Assembly (NCBI RefSeq): GCF_006345805.1
Contig: NW_021833059.1
Location: 1 to 64,000 of the forward strand
DNA: 64,000 nt
Direction of reading: 5' to 3'
DNA from: Octopus sinensis
Taxonomy: Eukaryota
Part shown: piece after piece, positions 27,231-42,380 of the stretch
Numbering within the stretch: the first letter of the stretch is position 1
Layout of the letters: every line of letters begins with the position of its first letter
Notes under the pieces: generated by a model
What the model saw: the letters and a program-made list of their open reading frames with translations, nothing else
The model's database searches: none
What the model was told of the DNA's origin: nothing
Made by a program: the position numbers and the translations under genes

Positions 27231-27874
27231 AAAATCAAAAAATCAAAATGATTTAAATCAAACAACCCTGGAAAAAAATATGCATCTTAACGATTAATAA
27301 TTGTGTATTTATTTCATTAGCTGTTAATTCTATAGATCTTCCTTTTAGATTGATGACAAAATTTGATGACAGAATTTCGGAATTCCTATAATACTCAAAA
27401 CGTTGATTAAATTCATTAAATACTGGTTTAGTCTAAAAAAATATTTCACTAAAATTAAACAAAAGAGGGTGTGTGCTTTAGCCCCCCCGGAGTTTCCCCT
27501 CTGCCCATTCCTAACTTAATTTGTTTTGATTTAATACACTAAAATTAAATGATAAAACTGGCAAAATTCTTTTAAATTATCAAACCTTAAAACTTCGTGG
27601 ATAAATCTATCCAGAAAAGTTGAAACGAGATTTACTGCTCAAAAATTCTTGAAATTCTGTTTAATTAGAATGTATTGGCATTATGAACAACAAGAAGACT
27701 ATAAATTATGAGTTTTTGATTAAATTTCAAATAATGAGTTCAGATAACAAAATAGAGTAATAAACAACATAAGAAAAGCTTTGTTTTTATAAAATCAAAC
27801 GCGTCACTTATCAAAAAATAAAATGCTTGTTTTTAATTTTGCATGTGTTAGCTCATTTGAGAGATATCGAACAA

Positions 27875-28098
27875 TGGTCAATTCATTCGGGATTAAGGAG
27901 GAGATGAGAAGTAGGACGAGGGGGATGTGTAGTTGTCAGTTCAAGTTCTCACATTGGGAAGTAGTGAGGGAGGAGTGTGGAGATGATCGACTGGGTGACA
28001 AGCTTGTGAAGGAAGTTCGGCTGAGTAAGGCATTGGTTACTCAGGAACAGATTGTCGGGAATCCTAATAAGCAGAGGACGTTGGCTAGGAAAAAATAA
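27875..28098 (+). pseudogene. EFL1: Isolated 3' end of elongation factor-like GTPase 1 (Ria1)
   Basis: SFGIKEEMRSRTRG..FSHWEVV..VRLSKAL..EQIVGNPNKQRTLARKK* matches the EFL1 C-terminus; no upstream exons found. Confidence 0.75.
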
Positions 28099-28179
28099 TT
28101 CACTATTTTATATTTCTCAGCAAAATTAGACGTAAGTGTGCTAATTATGAATAATGGTATAAATATAGCAATCTTGTTG

Positions 28180-28700
28180 TCCGTAGCACTTGACAGCATT
28201 AAAGATTCTTTCAATTACTATCTGTCGTTTAGTCAAAGTGGATTCATTCCTGGGAGATCAACTGTAGATGTGTTACAGGGACATATCTGTGCCATGTGTC
28301 ACAAATTTGAAATGGCGATCTTAATATTAAATATTCATATGAGCAGGACATGCAACATGATCCGCAGAGAAATGTCTTTAAGACTATTCTTGACGATGTT
28401 TCGATCGGAATGGTTTGATTACTGCATAGAGTTGACAGCTATAATTGGACCCGTATAATCAAGGTCTTTCAAAACAAATATTGGAACCCCCTAAAGTGAT
28501 TCGATGTCGTCTGTTTTATCTATCTTGAAACCGCATTAAGAAATCTGAGAAAACTAGTGAATACTGATTCAATAACTAAAGTAATAAATGCTGACAATGT
28601 CGACATTTTTACTGCTCAAAATTGTTCCCCATATACTGAAAAATAGAACAAACTGAGTATTTAACAATCAACCGAAAAGCAAACAGAACAGACAAAAACC
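28180..28700 (+). mobile_element. Degraded RT fragment of the same LINE family as 53210-56218
   Basis: QSGFIPGRSTVDV, IGTP and ADNVD remnants, near-collinear with 54960-55550. Confidence 0.8.
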
Positions 28701-28859
28701 TGCCAAACTCAAATTTTCATTTTAATAAAAGAATGACTTTATTCTTTTCAACATTTTCAAAGCTCCGTCTTAATTCACATGAGATTCGTCATTATGAGTA
28801 TCTTCATCGTCATATTTTTGTGGGAAAAAATCTCCAGCAATATTAAAGTAGTCTTCAAT

Positions 28860-29640
28860 TTCTGAAGCCATGTTCTTCCTTCTGCAGGAAAAGAAAATTT
28901 TCTTCCGCGAGCTTGGTTCAAAATGCTCACATTGCAAATCTTCTGATAAGAAAGTCGACCATTTGGCAACTCGATGCAATAGAATGCTTAATTCCGATTA
29001 TACAAGGCGACATAACGAAATTGTTAAATGCATACACATACACCTATGCAGAAAATTTGGATTCAAAAAATTAAAAAGGTTAAAGACTCACTCTATCCAA
29101 AGCGTAATTACCAATAATCGTGCTGAATTACGAGTTGACACTACTATCCCTACCGAATCAAAAATTTAATATAACAAGTCGGACATTTTCCTATACGACA
29201 AAAAATTGAACCACATATGGCTAATAGAGATTGGAGTGACGTGTGTGGATAATTTAAAAGCAGTTGAAGTTGAAAAACTACATAAATATGATATCCTGGC
29301 AAGTAAATTAGAAATCATTTACAAAGCCAAAGTCAAAATACTTCCGATTGTCATTGGATGCGATCACCTCCAAGTATTTTAAAATATACATGGATTTGAT
29401 TAGCATTAAAGACAGTGTTCTGGCGTACATCCAAACGATTGCATTAACGAAAACATCGGAAGGAATGTTCGTAGAATATAAACATGGTTTCGAAGACGTA
29501 ATGGCTAAAGCATTGATTTTCAACAAAGATTATGCAGTGTGGAACACTCACCAAAGGGGAGCTAACTCGATGAAGAGGCGACATGATGAGGTGACAGAAA
29601 ACGAATACTCTGAGGAAGGACAAAATTATTGTTTTAATGT
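28860..29640 (+). mobile_element. R4-like non-LTR retrotransposon 3' part (CCHC + RLE), disrupted
   Basis: CSHC..DHLATRC..DYTRRHNEIVKCIH, RVDTTI, NKSDIFLYDK..LIEIGVT..EKLHKYDILA; one stop codon and one frameshift. Confidence 0.85.
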
Positions 29641-29878
29641 TATTGTTGTGGTTTTAATAATTATTCGAATTTATTAAAATTATTTTTTATTTTTAAAAAC
29701 AATTTGGCGGGAAATTATGGAATTTGTTATTATTATTTAAATTTTTATGGAATCTAAAATTATAGAATTTAGTTTAATTTATTTAATTATTCTTTATTAT
29801 GTATAAATAATTAAATATTAATTAGATTTAAAGTATATTTTTGTGGTTACAAGTATCATTAGGAGAATCATCCTATTA

Positions 29879-31039
<1,161 letters not shown>

Positions 31040-31332
31040 TTACCGTTTTTTAGATGATTTAGACCAAGGGACCTAAAATAACCCAATTGCTGAGAAAGTA
31101 GTATTTTCTTCTCTTCAGTGTGGAAGGCGAGGCGCTTGGTCATATTTTTTTCCATCAGCGGCAGTGGTTTCGATTCCCGGCTTTGGGACGTTTCCGGATT
31201 GGCCTCCTGGATAATGGCCAGGTGTTCTGCTAATATGTTTGGGTAGGTTCTTCGTCACTGACTTTTGCTCCAGTAGATTTACAAACAGTTTCTTTAGTTT
31301 TTGCCTCTTTGTTTCCAGTTTCACTTTTCCTA

Positions 31333-31945
31333 TCATAAACTTTGTACTAATCTATCATTGTTCAATGCACTTTTCGTAGAAGTTACTAAAATTCCTTCGT
31401 TCTCAATTAACTTGAAAATATTAATCACTGAAATTAAATTTTTTGAATAATAAGATGCAGCTTTGGTACCCCATCTAGTAAATACGACTTTTTGTTGGAT
31501 TCCAATTTCTGAAAACAACAATTGTCGCATTTTGTTCTTCCTAATAGCAGCTTGTACGCCAGCTATCACATCATCGACTTCTGGATAAGATTTTAAGTAA
31601 AATATGGCCGACGCAATTGACATGGAAAAGATTAGAATATAGATTTTTTAAAACTTTCCCGTCTAAATCGCAAATGAATTAAAACCGTCATATATTTTGC
31701 AGCATCAGAAATATGAAGCATAAAATTATCCCTTTCGACCATAAGATTTCGGATCGAATCATCAACAATCTGGGCTATAATATTTTTTGTAGGTGGAGAA
31801 TCAATTTGCTTGAATGAGACCAAATAAGTAATTTTAGGGAGTTTGATTGATCCCACCAAAACTGCGACATATCGTTGGTTTCGGATTTGAGTCTCATCGA
31901 TTATCGACTCAAAATTACGGAAGTTGATGATTAACTGGATTGATC
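31333..31945 (-). mobile_element. hAT-like (DUF659-type) transposase fragment
   Basis: IIDETQ..VLVGSI..NFMLHISDAAKYM and VFTRWGT..AASYYSKN. Confidence 0.6.
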
Positions 31946-32535
31946 CCACAGTTAACTATTATCTAGCAAAATATTCATTTTTATATTGACGAATTTTTAA
32001 TGTAGACATATCCCTACCAGTAAAATAAAGATGGCACATCAAAGTAACATGAATCGACCTGACAGGCTCCCGGGGGTTGATGACTGACATTGTAGCCAGG
32101 ACTAGATAGTAGATCAAAGCAATTAGGTCATATCCTCGTGACTAGTGTTAACACTGAGGACAATTATGCTCGAAATCTCATTGGTAGTCAAGTATTCTTT
32201 ATGTCTAATACCATTCTCTTTGATGATACATCCGACTATAACAACTATTACCCCTTCCGGATTTGTCTAGGAGCGACTCACGCAAAAAATAAAGTCTAGG
32301 AGCGACTCATGCAAAAAAAATATTCATAAAATATTCATTTTTTCAGCAGCTAAAAATACTTGTATTGAACCATTTCTTAAGAGTAAAAATTATTTATTTA
32401 CTGCAAAAAAAGCAGTGTTTGCTTATCAGACATTTTGTCAGTTGTGATGAATGCTTAAATATATTTTGTTCACATATCTTTTTGATGGCTGACAAAATTA
32501 AAATGTTCATAAGAATTAATTATGTAAATTCTATC

Positions 32536-33125
32536 TTAAATTATTGAAGAATCCAGATCGTCAGTGATTTCTCTTCTTCGCTTGGAAGAAGAGTTTGCAA
32601 CAAAATTCCCATCATTTTCCATTTCTGCGTCAAAGTAATTGTTCAACTGAGTGTCCTCACGACATGCCAGCTCCGCAAGTTGATTGGCGGCAGAGGCGTA
32701 CTCCTCGTTGTCTACCTTCATCCCATGTCTGTGTTCAATAAGCATACTCTCTAGAGTCCTCTTCAGCACAACCGACTGGATGTATGTCCTCGTTCCTTCT
32801 TCAATGGATAACTTGTTTATATGACTTTTAAAGAACTTTGAGACAACTCCATCCCATGTCAAGACAATTGGAATAATCTTCACTTTTGCTTCATAGAGAA
32901 CCGACAGTTCGTTTGCAAGCAGGTCATATTTGTGAAATTTCTCCACTTCAACTTGCTTTAAACGGTCTTGTGAGGTAACTCCCACTTCGATTAAATGAAT
33001 TTCTCTTTTCCTCTTGTCATAAACGAAGATATCAGGTTTATTGAATTGAACCTTCGTTTCAGTCATAATTGACGTGTCAACTCTGATTTCGACATTTTGG
33101 GTCGACATTGTTGACACAACTGAAT
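32536..33125 (-). mobile_element. R4-like non-LTR RLE endonuclease domain, open 3' fragment
   Basis: EIRVDT..NKPDIFVYDK..LIEVGVTSQDRLKQVEVEKFHKYDLLANEL..IIPIVLTWDGVV. Confidence 0.88.
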
Positions 33126-34127
33126 GTCCATGGCTGACAAAATAAAAATAACATTTTTTAATATAGAAAAATTAAATTAATTGTAACTGCTCAAGTAAGG
33201 TTAATTTTTTAAATACAAAAATAAATATTTTTCAATTTTTAAATTTTTTTAAATAAGTAGTTTCACAAAAAATAAAAAATGTTTATTGGCGGATAGCCTG
33301 AGAATTATCCCTGACTATAGCCATGGAGACTTGGTTGACAGAGCAAGAAACAAATGAAATATTAGAATGAATAATCAATCACATTAATGTCAATGAAGTC
33401 ATATTAAGAGAATTCTGAATAGCTGTCCATTTCAGGATTAAGATACCAATGAAGATTACAATCGGGAAGGTCTTTTTACAGAGGGTCAAATCTTAGTGCT
33501 CGACATGTATCTTTTTCAAATTATGTATTTATCTTTGTGACTAGCGCATCTAACACTAATAGAGCGAAAAAGTGGAACAAGGAAAAATTGGAACAAATAA
33601 TCAGGTTAGTAAATTAGAACACCGAAATTTGTAATTTAAGGACATTTTTCTGACATAGAAGATTTCTGGGATTAGAGTATCGGCAGATGTTGCAATCTAT
33701 TGTGAGTAAACAAACACACCATTTCCTTGTGCTGTGATTAGTATTACTCCTTTAACTTCATCTGGAGTCATTTCTACACTTTTAGTGTCTAATATGATGA
33801 ACGGTTTTTGAAAAAATTGCTTATTTTGAAAGAACTGAATTATAAAACTGTAAATTTAATACAGAACACGTTTCGACACATACAGAACAACTTAAAATTC
33901 AAGATTACGTTGAATTTCCAAATGGAGAAATTTTTTCAAATTTACCCAACTTGATATCATTGTAATAACATTTCATTAATACCAGTGAGTGTCAAGGAAA
34001 CTCGTTAACGAGAATACTAAACAACTCAATTGATAGCTTGGATGACTTATTCTGGATGTACATTCAAATATTTTAAATTACTAGAACACTTTATTTATGC
34101 AGTAATCTTCGTTACATTGATGTAGAT

Positions 34128-34660
34128 CAGGGGTTCTCAACCTTTTTAGCTCAAGGGCCAAATGGATAATTAAGATTAGCTTCGCGGGCCGCACAAAAAA
34201 TATTTTATATATTTTTATATTTTCCATTTTACTAAATATTGATTCGCATAAATATGTAGATTCATATATGAATTGTGTGTTATATTTTTGAATTTGTCTT
34301 GAGGAATTAATTCGTAAAAATTAATAATGGACGCATTTTTGAACAATGCCGCAAGTTCTATATCATGTTGTAAATTAATGAGTTCTAGTTAAAACTTTGC
34401 AGGTGCATCCTTAATTTCCACGCTGGATGGAGTTGCGAATATTTTCATTAAAGGAAGGAATTCTTTAAAATTCTAAAAATTAAATTTATATAAATGTGCC
34501 CCAAAACGTGCTTCAAATTGATTAATGAAATCACCAATTATGGATATGTTTAACCTTAAGAATGAATAATTAAATTTAAACATTATTAAAAAATTAAAAA
34601 AGTTAGTTACTCTAGAGGGGCCGCAAAAAAAATCCTGGGGGCCGCATTTGAGAACCGCTG
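34128..34660. mobile_element. Non-autonomous hAT (Buster/SPIN-like) element
   Basis: TIRs caggggttctcaa / ttgagaaccgctg; 8-bp TSD atgtagat (34120-34127, 34661-34668); gggccgc subterminal motifs. Confidence 0.92.
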
Positions 34661-35315
34661 ATGTAGATGCCTTTTTAAGTCTACGCATTTTAACATATCT
34701 ATACAAATCCTATTTTTACATTAAAGTTATATGCCACCAGATTTCATTTTTCTGCCACCAAAAATCAGTAGTCCGCTCAAACTTTAGTATTTTACATTAC
34801 TGACTGTGTAGTATTACTGAGAAAACGAAAATGTGCATATACACGAATAGGTCCCAACCCACTATGTATACTTTGTTATTCTCATATAAGAATTACGAAA
34901 GTGACTAAAGAACTAGATTGGTAACAAATATTTTATACCAAGAATAGGTATTTTTAGTGCATTTTGGTATTCATAAGATTATTTTTTTCAGTTTTCCATT
35001 CTCTCCTTCAATAGTCAAAGAATCCGAATAAGGGTAGAATCCATTTTTTCACCAGCACTGTATTTTTAATCCGTTGGATATTGAAGAATTTTTGCATATA
35101 AATATGCTGAAATTGATACAATAGAAGAAATGGAAAATTGCGGAAACATTGAAGATGAAAATGATCAAAATATAAAAGATAAGAATGACTAAAATTTTGC
35201 TGCTCATTTGTTTTTGTTATGTCTAATTCCCAATATCCGTTTATATAAGAATAAGGTTAATATCAGAAACACAATAAATAAAAATAAATATTATACAATT
35301 GAATTGAAGCGGGTG

Positions 35316-35640
35316 TCAAACGAAGTGGAGTTGTCTCATCAAATATAAAAAATTTAACATTTGCACGATCCTTTGCATCAATTGGGGTGTCATCATTAAG
35401 CAATATTCGACATACATTGCCATTTGTTGTCGCACAGTCGAGAGGTGTCCATAAAAATTAGTTTCTGTGTTCATGCAAATAAGCAACCTGGCTTCGATGA
35501 CTGCGTTATTCTCAATGAGAAATTTTACTACTTCCTTGTGTCCGTTTAAGGCAGGCAATTCGAGGGGCGTATTGGAATTTTTACCTTAGCTGTGGATCAA
35601 CCATGTTTGCAAGGATTTTGACAACACTGCTGTTTCCGCT
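35316..35640 (-). pseudogene. Ankyrin-repeat gene remnant
   Basis: TPL..ALNGHKEVVKFLIENNAVIEAR plus degenerate flanking repeats with frameshifts. Confidence 0.6.
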
Positions 35641-36663
35641 TAATAAAATACTTTAAAAATCCATTTTGACCTCTAAAATGCATTCACTGTCATTTTTGAG
35701 AGTACAGTTGGTTTATGAGAATTTGTAGATAACTAAACACGACTTTTGACACCTCAACAATCTTGATCGCACTTCTTTGTATCTTTATTTCAGCTATCTG
35801 GAGCATCACTGAGATATGCGCTTTAATATTTACACTCTTTATAAGCTACTAAGTAGAATTGTGTTTTAATTAAAATAATGTTTGTTTTTATTAATAAATT
35901 ATCTTAATTTTTGGTTATCCAATTATTAATAAAAAACCTAATAAATTATGCCGCGTGTAAACACGCGGTTGGCATACCTTGTTGTTTTGTTACATTATTT
36001 GGTAGATCATAATTTTTTTATTTAATTGGATTCAGAAGGGATATTTCGCGATGTAATTTCTTTTAATGGTTAAATTATCTGAAATTTCATCGTTTTGTAA
36101 TATTTGTAAGTTTATTCCTTCAATTCTGTATATTCTACTTATTTTGAAATTTTGAAAATTGAATTTCATCGTATTTTTAATGAAAATTTGTATTCTTTAT
36201 GACACACTTTTATTTATGACGGAGAGATTGAATTATTTTTCTTTTAAATCTTTTAAGCTTTTTTTAAACTTTAATTTTTCTTTTAAATCTTTTTATCTAC
36301 ATAAAAGTTGTCAATCAGTAATTTTTCCCGCTCTCAATCTCTCCGTCAATTACCGCAAAACCGTCTCCAAACACTGTTTGCGATCATCTGACTAACTTTA
36401 TTTAAAATTTTGAATGGTATGTCGACTGGAGAGAATATAAACCAAATCGATGCTAGAATTACAATGATAAATGAACAATTCAGAATCATGAAATAGAATC
36501 TCAAAAAATATATACTCCAGACATCACGACAGGCTAAAATATATTTTACAGTGGGTTCGTTTTCGATAATAAATAGAAATTTTATTTCAAAAAACAAATT
36601 CCATTTTTTAGTTTGTTTCAAATTGAAATATTCTCAACATATTTTGACAAGATTTAAATTAAT

Positions 36664-37772
36664 TTAATAAAAAGTAGACTCATTATTATAAAAATGTTTA
36701 TTCAATTGTTTTTTTCGCCACATGTTCTCCCAGTATATTCCATATTCTTCATCAACCACTGAGATGACGTTTTTAGTACTGTTTTCTCTAAGACCTCTGT
36801 AGAAAGCTTTCCGATTAAGTTCAAATTTTTGATTATCTAGTCGAAATCCTTTTCTCGTTTCATGTGTAGCTAATTTTTTTTGGATAACCGCAATTTTTTC
36901 ATTAATAAAAGAGATTATTCTCGCTCTCTCTCCAGAGTTTTTCTTTTTATATCCAACCAGAGATAATGCATGGCATGCAAGTGGTTTTTCTTCAGCCGCA
37001 AGAGTTTTCGCAAAAAACTTCTCAATATAGCCCAGTTTTGTTTTCCATTGGTCAATTTTGCTCTCCATATTATTTTTCCACAGAGACTTTTCAAAATTCT
37101 TCGTGCTCAATATTTGATAACACATTTGTCCAACGTAAACGATTGTTGAAATCTGATCCATTGAATTAGGGGGATTCTCTTTGATATATGCAGCTACTAC
37201 ACGATTCAGACACTCCAGTAAAGGAAAGTTTAGTTTTGAATAGGGAATCTTTTTTGTACATGGTCGAAGGGAATGATCAATCAATAATATTTCTTCCAAC
37301 TGTTGCATAAATGTCAATTTGCAACAAGAGAACAGTTTTGCATCACATCCACTTGAGAAATGACTCACTTTTCCTGATTCATCAATATTAGTGGTTGAAT
37401 TTTGCCTTTTATGCAAATACTCAAGCTTTTTATATTCCGACAAAGAAATTGCATCTCCAAATTTTGAGTTAAAACCCTCCAATATGACGCTCCATCCACC
37501 CCTAGGGACACGCCCCATCCTCGAACGGATAGCTTCGTGAATTGAAATTGCCCACTGTTTTCTATCTTCAATATTAATAGAGGAAATAATAGTATTAAGG
37601 GCATTTATTTTCGTGTTCGTTTCCAGACAGGGGGATCTTGAATTTTCAATAACAGAACGAGTCTGGACATCCTCCTTGGCCGTTCTTTTTCTTTTTAAAG
37701 GTTTCATGTTATTTTCGGCTCTGCAGTCCAAATGTTCAGTACCAGAAGAATCCAGCATAACCATCCACAACA
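36664..37772 (-). mobile_element. N-terminal (pre-RT) region of an R4-like retrotransposon ORF
   Basis: RVPRGGW..WKNNMESKI..RKGFRLDNQKFELNRKAFYRGL..YWENMW, the region that precedes the RT in this element type; truncated before the RT. The first ~85 aa of the 455-aa ORF are antisense of the CRE insert. Confidence 0.7.
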
Positions 37773-37784
37773 AACACGTGAAAA

Positions 37785-38132
37785 GTCCATCACTAACCCG
37801 GGTTCCGCCAGTGCTCAGGCTGAGGAGGCTAAGAGGTCGAAGTATGGAAATATTTCGGACTCTTACGAGTTTGTCCCCCTCGCCTTCGAAACATCTGGAA
37901 TTGTCGACAGGTCTGCGACTCGCCTTCTTGCCGACATTGCCAGGAGAATCGCCAAGAAGACCAACGACCGGAGGGAGACGAGCTGGCTCTTCCAGCGAAT
38001 CTCGGTCGCAGTGCTCCGCGGAAACTGCCACTCGATACGCAGTGCGCCGACTTTGAGCTGACCTCCAGGCTCTCTATTAATTCGTGTATAACTTATTCCC
38101 CATTTTACCTGTTTTTAAATAAAAAAAAAATC
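37785..38132 (+). mobile_element. CRE-like retrotransposon 3' end with poly(A) and 12-bp TSD
   Basis: AEEAKRSKY..FVPLAFETSG..ETSWLFQRISVAVLRGN; TSD aacacgtgaaaa at 37773-37784 and 38133-38144. Confidence 0.9.
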
Positions 38133-40738
38133 AACACGTGAAAATAAATTTTAAAACCTAATAAAAATTACTAGCATTCTTGAATTTTAAACCTTTTTCG
38201 TTTAAATATCACTTATAAGAGAATTTCATTGTTCTGATTTTGCTTTGTTTACATTTCACTCGAATAATGACTATGGTTTTATTTCTAATAAGTTTTTGTC
38301 CAGATGATAGTTTTATGGAAACTTCTGTTAATATTGACTCTGATTAACTCCTTTATTTTGAAAATTTGTATGATTTGGAACATGCTTCATCTGATAAAGC
38401 CAACATATTGATAATTATGAAACATCTGAATACAAAAATGGTCTTAGCGAATATAAAGAATATTGAAGAAATCAAAGAAACAATGCTTTGAAAAAAATAA
38501 AACCAAAAGGTCGAGAAATAAAAACTTAAACAAAAATAAAAATTATTTAAAAAATTAAATAAAATCTATTTTGACGCTCAAAAAATAACCTTAGCTTTAT
38601 GATTCTTATAATAATGCTTTCTCGGAACCTGACCCTGAAACGAATCTACTAACTAGGTGCACATTTGAGGCTATTCCTCATTAAAAACTAAGTTTGGACT
38701 GTATCTGGTCTTGTCATCCCCGAGATAAATCATTTGCAGAAAAGTTGGGATTCCATTCGGTGTAAAGAAATTGTAAAATGCCTGAAAAACTGTCAATCAG
38801 ATCAACCTTGCCTCAATAAATGCAGTTGGCTATTACCCTCAGGAGACTGATTAAATCCCGTCCTACTATTTTCAGCTGGTTTGTCTTGAATGATGAGTCA
38901 GTTCGACTCGGCACCTTTCTACTACTCGAGATCCATCTTTGCTACCCCCACCAGTGCAGGTGCGGGCAGAGTTCGATGGCTTCTACCAACTTTCCTCTCG
39001 TTTAAGAGCTGGAGTCATATTTAAATCAATCAATTCGAATTGTAAGATCAGGAATATTTGCAGTGAATGGTGATCAAAAAACAGTAAATCCTTTTTCAAG
39101 TTTACGGAAAATTTCAAAAAAGTGTCTTAAATTGTTGACGCAATCCTGTTATTTTCTCCTTGTAAAAATTGATTTGATGGAAATTACTCTTTTTAAACAA
39201 AAAATTTTCAATATTTCCCACTGTAGTAACTATAATAAAAAATGTCGTAACTCCTTTTCGAAATGATTAAACCAATCACTAACAAGATTTAGCACGCGGT
39301 TGCGCACGTTGGTTTCTATTAGTGTGTTGCGTTGGCAACCAGAATCACCTAATCTAAGGATTTCCTTCAGATGTATGCATATGTCTGTTGTAACGGAGTC
39401 GGTTCTACTCCCCTTTCCAAACATAACGGCGACGGCTCAGACTTGTGCACATTCCCTGTTGGATTTTCAATGGAAAGGGTTTTCTGGAGACAATGATCTT
39501 ATTTAGTTCGGATACTTGTTCTCTCATTTTCTTTTTTTCTCTAAACAATTATTCATTATGAACAAGATTTTAAATACACTTTTAAACTTATTTCAGGGGC
39601 ACAGGCCTATTTATACACCTTGGTTTAATTGAAAAAGGTTCAATTCCGTGATCAAAGACTTCTTTGAATCCGGCTGACCTTTTTCCCCAAACACATCGGT
39701 ACTTGTTTCTTTACTCCCTCTACCACAGCATCCTGACTATAGCCATGGAGACTTAATCTTGAATTTTAAGTTGTTCTGTATGTGTCGAAACGTGTTTTGT
39801 ATTAAATGTACAGTTTTGTAATTCAGTTCTTTCAAAATAAGCAATTTTTCAAAAACGAGCGGACAAAAAGTAGAAAAAGTGGAATTATTCTAATTATAGG
39901 TCATATTTTATTGTGAATAACTCATTGGTTAGACATTTAATTGAGATATTTTTTTAACTGTACTTTACATATATATTCTTTTCATCAGTAGTGTTATCAT
40001 CCCAGAAATTCTCCGAAATCGCATTTCCCACAATATCCGAATCAATAAAACTTTCTCCGATGTTTTCTATTTCCCGACAATTATATTACAAAGCTTTTTC
40101 AAATCGATGTTGTATTGAAGTGTCTGTAATTTCGTCCCATGTGAATTTCGAACATGAAATGGCATCCAATATTGAGATTCTCTTTATCGCATCTATCACA
40201 GAAATAATAAAATCTGTAAAGCCATTCATTATAAGCAGTAAAATCATGATTTAAATTCCAATATGCAATTTAAGTGCAAAGAGCTTCAAGTTGGCTCATT
40301 GATTGGGAAACCTCCCGACCTGAGATTACAAAGATCTCGTAAACTTGGGTATTCAATTCGTATCCAATTGTACCTTCGGATGTCGAGAAGCCTTAAGGTA
40401 GGATTCCTTCCTTTTTCTTTATTAGTGGGTATAGCATTCCTTCAGAGATGTTAAATCCTTCACAAATCATTTAGTTTTCTAGGCAATGGCTTTTTAAAAT
40501 TTATGTAAGTTTAAAAGTTGAAAATTTCAATTTTTTAACAGGTTAAATAAATTTTAAAATTATTGATTACAAATTTCTTATTTTATAACTATGGCGAAAA
40601 TATTCCTCTAAAATGGGTTGACCCGCTACTTGGTTTTCCCCAATTCGAGTTCGCAGTGTATATATCCTTCAAAATAAAAGTCATTAAATTATTATTCACC
40701 CAGCAGCCGTAAAATTAGTTGATATCTCGTAATAAGTA

Positions 40739-42165
40739 CATTCAACTCTCTCAAATTGGCCATTTTTAACAATTTACTTCTGGAAAATTGAAAAAACTCT
40801 GCAAAATGGCCAATTCTCAAATTGGCCACAAATTTGAATTTTATTAATAAAATTTGTCCCACATGTCTTCTCGTAATATTTATACTCGTCCGAATTTTAA
40901 TCAGAAAATATAAATTTTATCTTATAAAGAGGAGAATCCTCATTTTTCGTGTCAGCATTTGGCCGAAAGATTTTCTTTTTTGTTTAATAAAAAAATTTCT
41001 CGAAAAACAATTAACAACATTCTTTTGAAAAAAGATTCTCTTCTCAAAGATAGCATATGCAATTTAAGCGGGGACTTGCTATTCCCGTTCAAGCGGGGAC
41101 TCGCTCTCGTTTGGGACGTGACCTGTGTCGACTCGTTTTCCTCGTCATCCCTCATCGACTCCGCGTCCCGCCCTGGCTCAGCTTCCCCACATGCCGAAGC
41201 GAAAAAAATTGCAAAGTACGCCTCATTGGAGAACACCTGCCTTTTCGTCCCCCTGGCTTTCGAGACGAGCGGGATAATCGGCCCGAAAGCCCTGGAGTTC
41301 CTTTCAAAAATCGGTTTGATGATCTCGAGGAAAAGTCACGAGAGACGTGAGTCTAGCTGGCTTTTTCAGCGCATTTCGCTCGCGATATTGCGCGGAAACT
41401 GCCTATCTATTCGCGCGTCCTCTCAATCAAAGAATTAACATCATAAATTCACTTAATTAACACTCGAACTAAAAAAAATTTGGTCGTTTAAAAAAAATAA
41501 AAATAACTCAAAAAAAAAGATAGCAAAATATACAATCTAGCCTCAAAAAAAGTATCAAATCTTAAGTTTCCTGAACTTGACGCAAAATTGGTTGAATGGA
41601 AGGATTTGATTGAGTCTAGAGGTATCTTATTTAGGGTCTAATATTTAGGCGTTTTTTTAATGATGCCTTAATTTCTAGTAAGGTTATGTTTTTTGCGCAA
41701 CACAATGATGATCAAATTTACAACTTAGATGAAACTGGATTGTTTTATAAAATCATTCCTTCAAAATCCATTTGTCGTAACCGATTTAAAGGTTACAAAA
41801 ATTAAAACCTGTGATGATATCAAAACCCAAAAAACCCCGATGTTTCAAAAACTACAATTACGATTCATTTATTTAATATTATAGCTCCCAGCGTGCTTGG
41901 ATGACTGGGAAAATCTTCAAGGATTGGCTAATAAACTTTGATTTGAATCTAAAATTACAGAGAAAACAAATTTTGCTTATTCTGGATAACTGTCCTTCCC
42001 ATTGCATACCAGAATTGAATTTTACTTAAAAAAATTATGCTAACTGAAGATAAATTAAAGTAGTTTCTTTGAAGAATTATCGATTTTATTCTCTAATTGC
42101 CCATTTCTCAAATTGGCCAACAAAATTGAAGGAACCAAAAATGGCCAATTTAAGAGGGTTGAGTG
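40739..42165 (+). mobile_element. pogo/Tigger element with internal deletion, a micro-intron and a nested CRE fragment
   Basis: TA-flanked imperfect TIRs cattcaactctctcaaattggcca / tggccaatttaagagggttgagtg; KFPELDAKLVEW, IYNLDETGLFYK, RAWMTG, LILDNCPSH. Confidence 0.88.
41056..41515 (+). mobile_element. CRE-like 3' fragment nested in the pogo element
   Basis: FPFKRGLALVWDVTCVD..FVPLAFETSG..WLFQRISLAILRGN; TSD aaagatagca at 41046-41055 and 41516-41525; removing it rejoins the pogo frame. Confidence 0.9.
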
Positions 42166-42380
42166 TATTTTTTATAAATTTAGTTTTGATTAATCGGATC
42201 GAGTTAAGTCTGTTTCACAAGCTGGGAGAAAAAGCAGTTTCTGAGACAAGTGAAAGCAGTTTCTGAGGAAATGAACTTGGCCAATCATACAAAACAGAGC
42301 ATTTTTTTGAATATGAAACAAGCATTGGCACGATTACGCAAATAAAAAAAATATGATTATGCCGTATATCATTCTGTGTA

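Noticed and set aside
32140-32190. Hammerhead-like ctgagga...gaaa
   Set aside because: No convincing stem II or stems I/III could be paired.
36664-38031. 455-aa ORF as a novel protein
   Set aside because: It is a chimera of antisense CRE insert (TSD-bounded) read into an R4-like ORF.
40959-41438. 159-aa ORF as a pogo-RLE fusion gene
   Set aside because: Chance in-frame nesting of a CRE stub in a decayed pogo element; TSD present and no ATG start.
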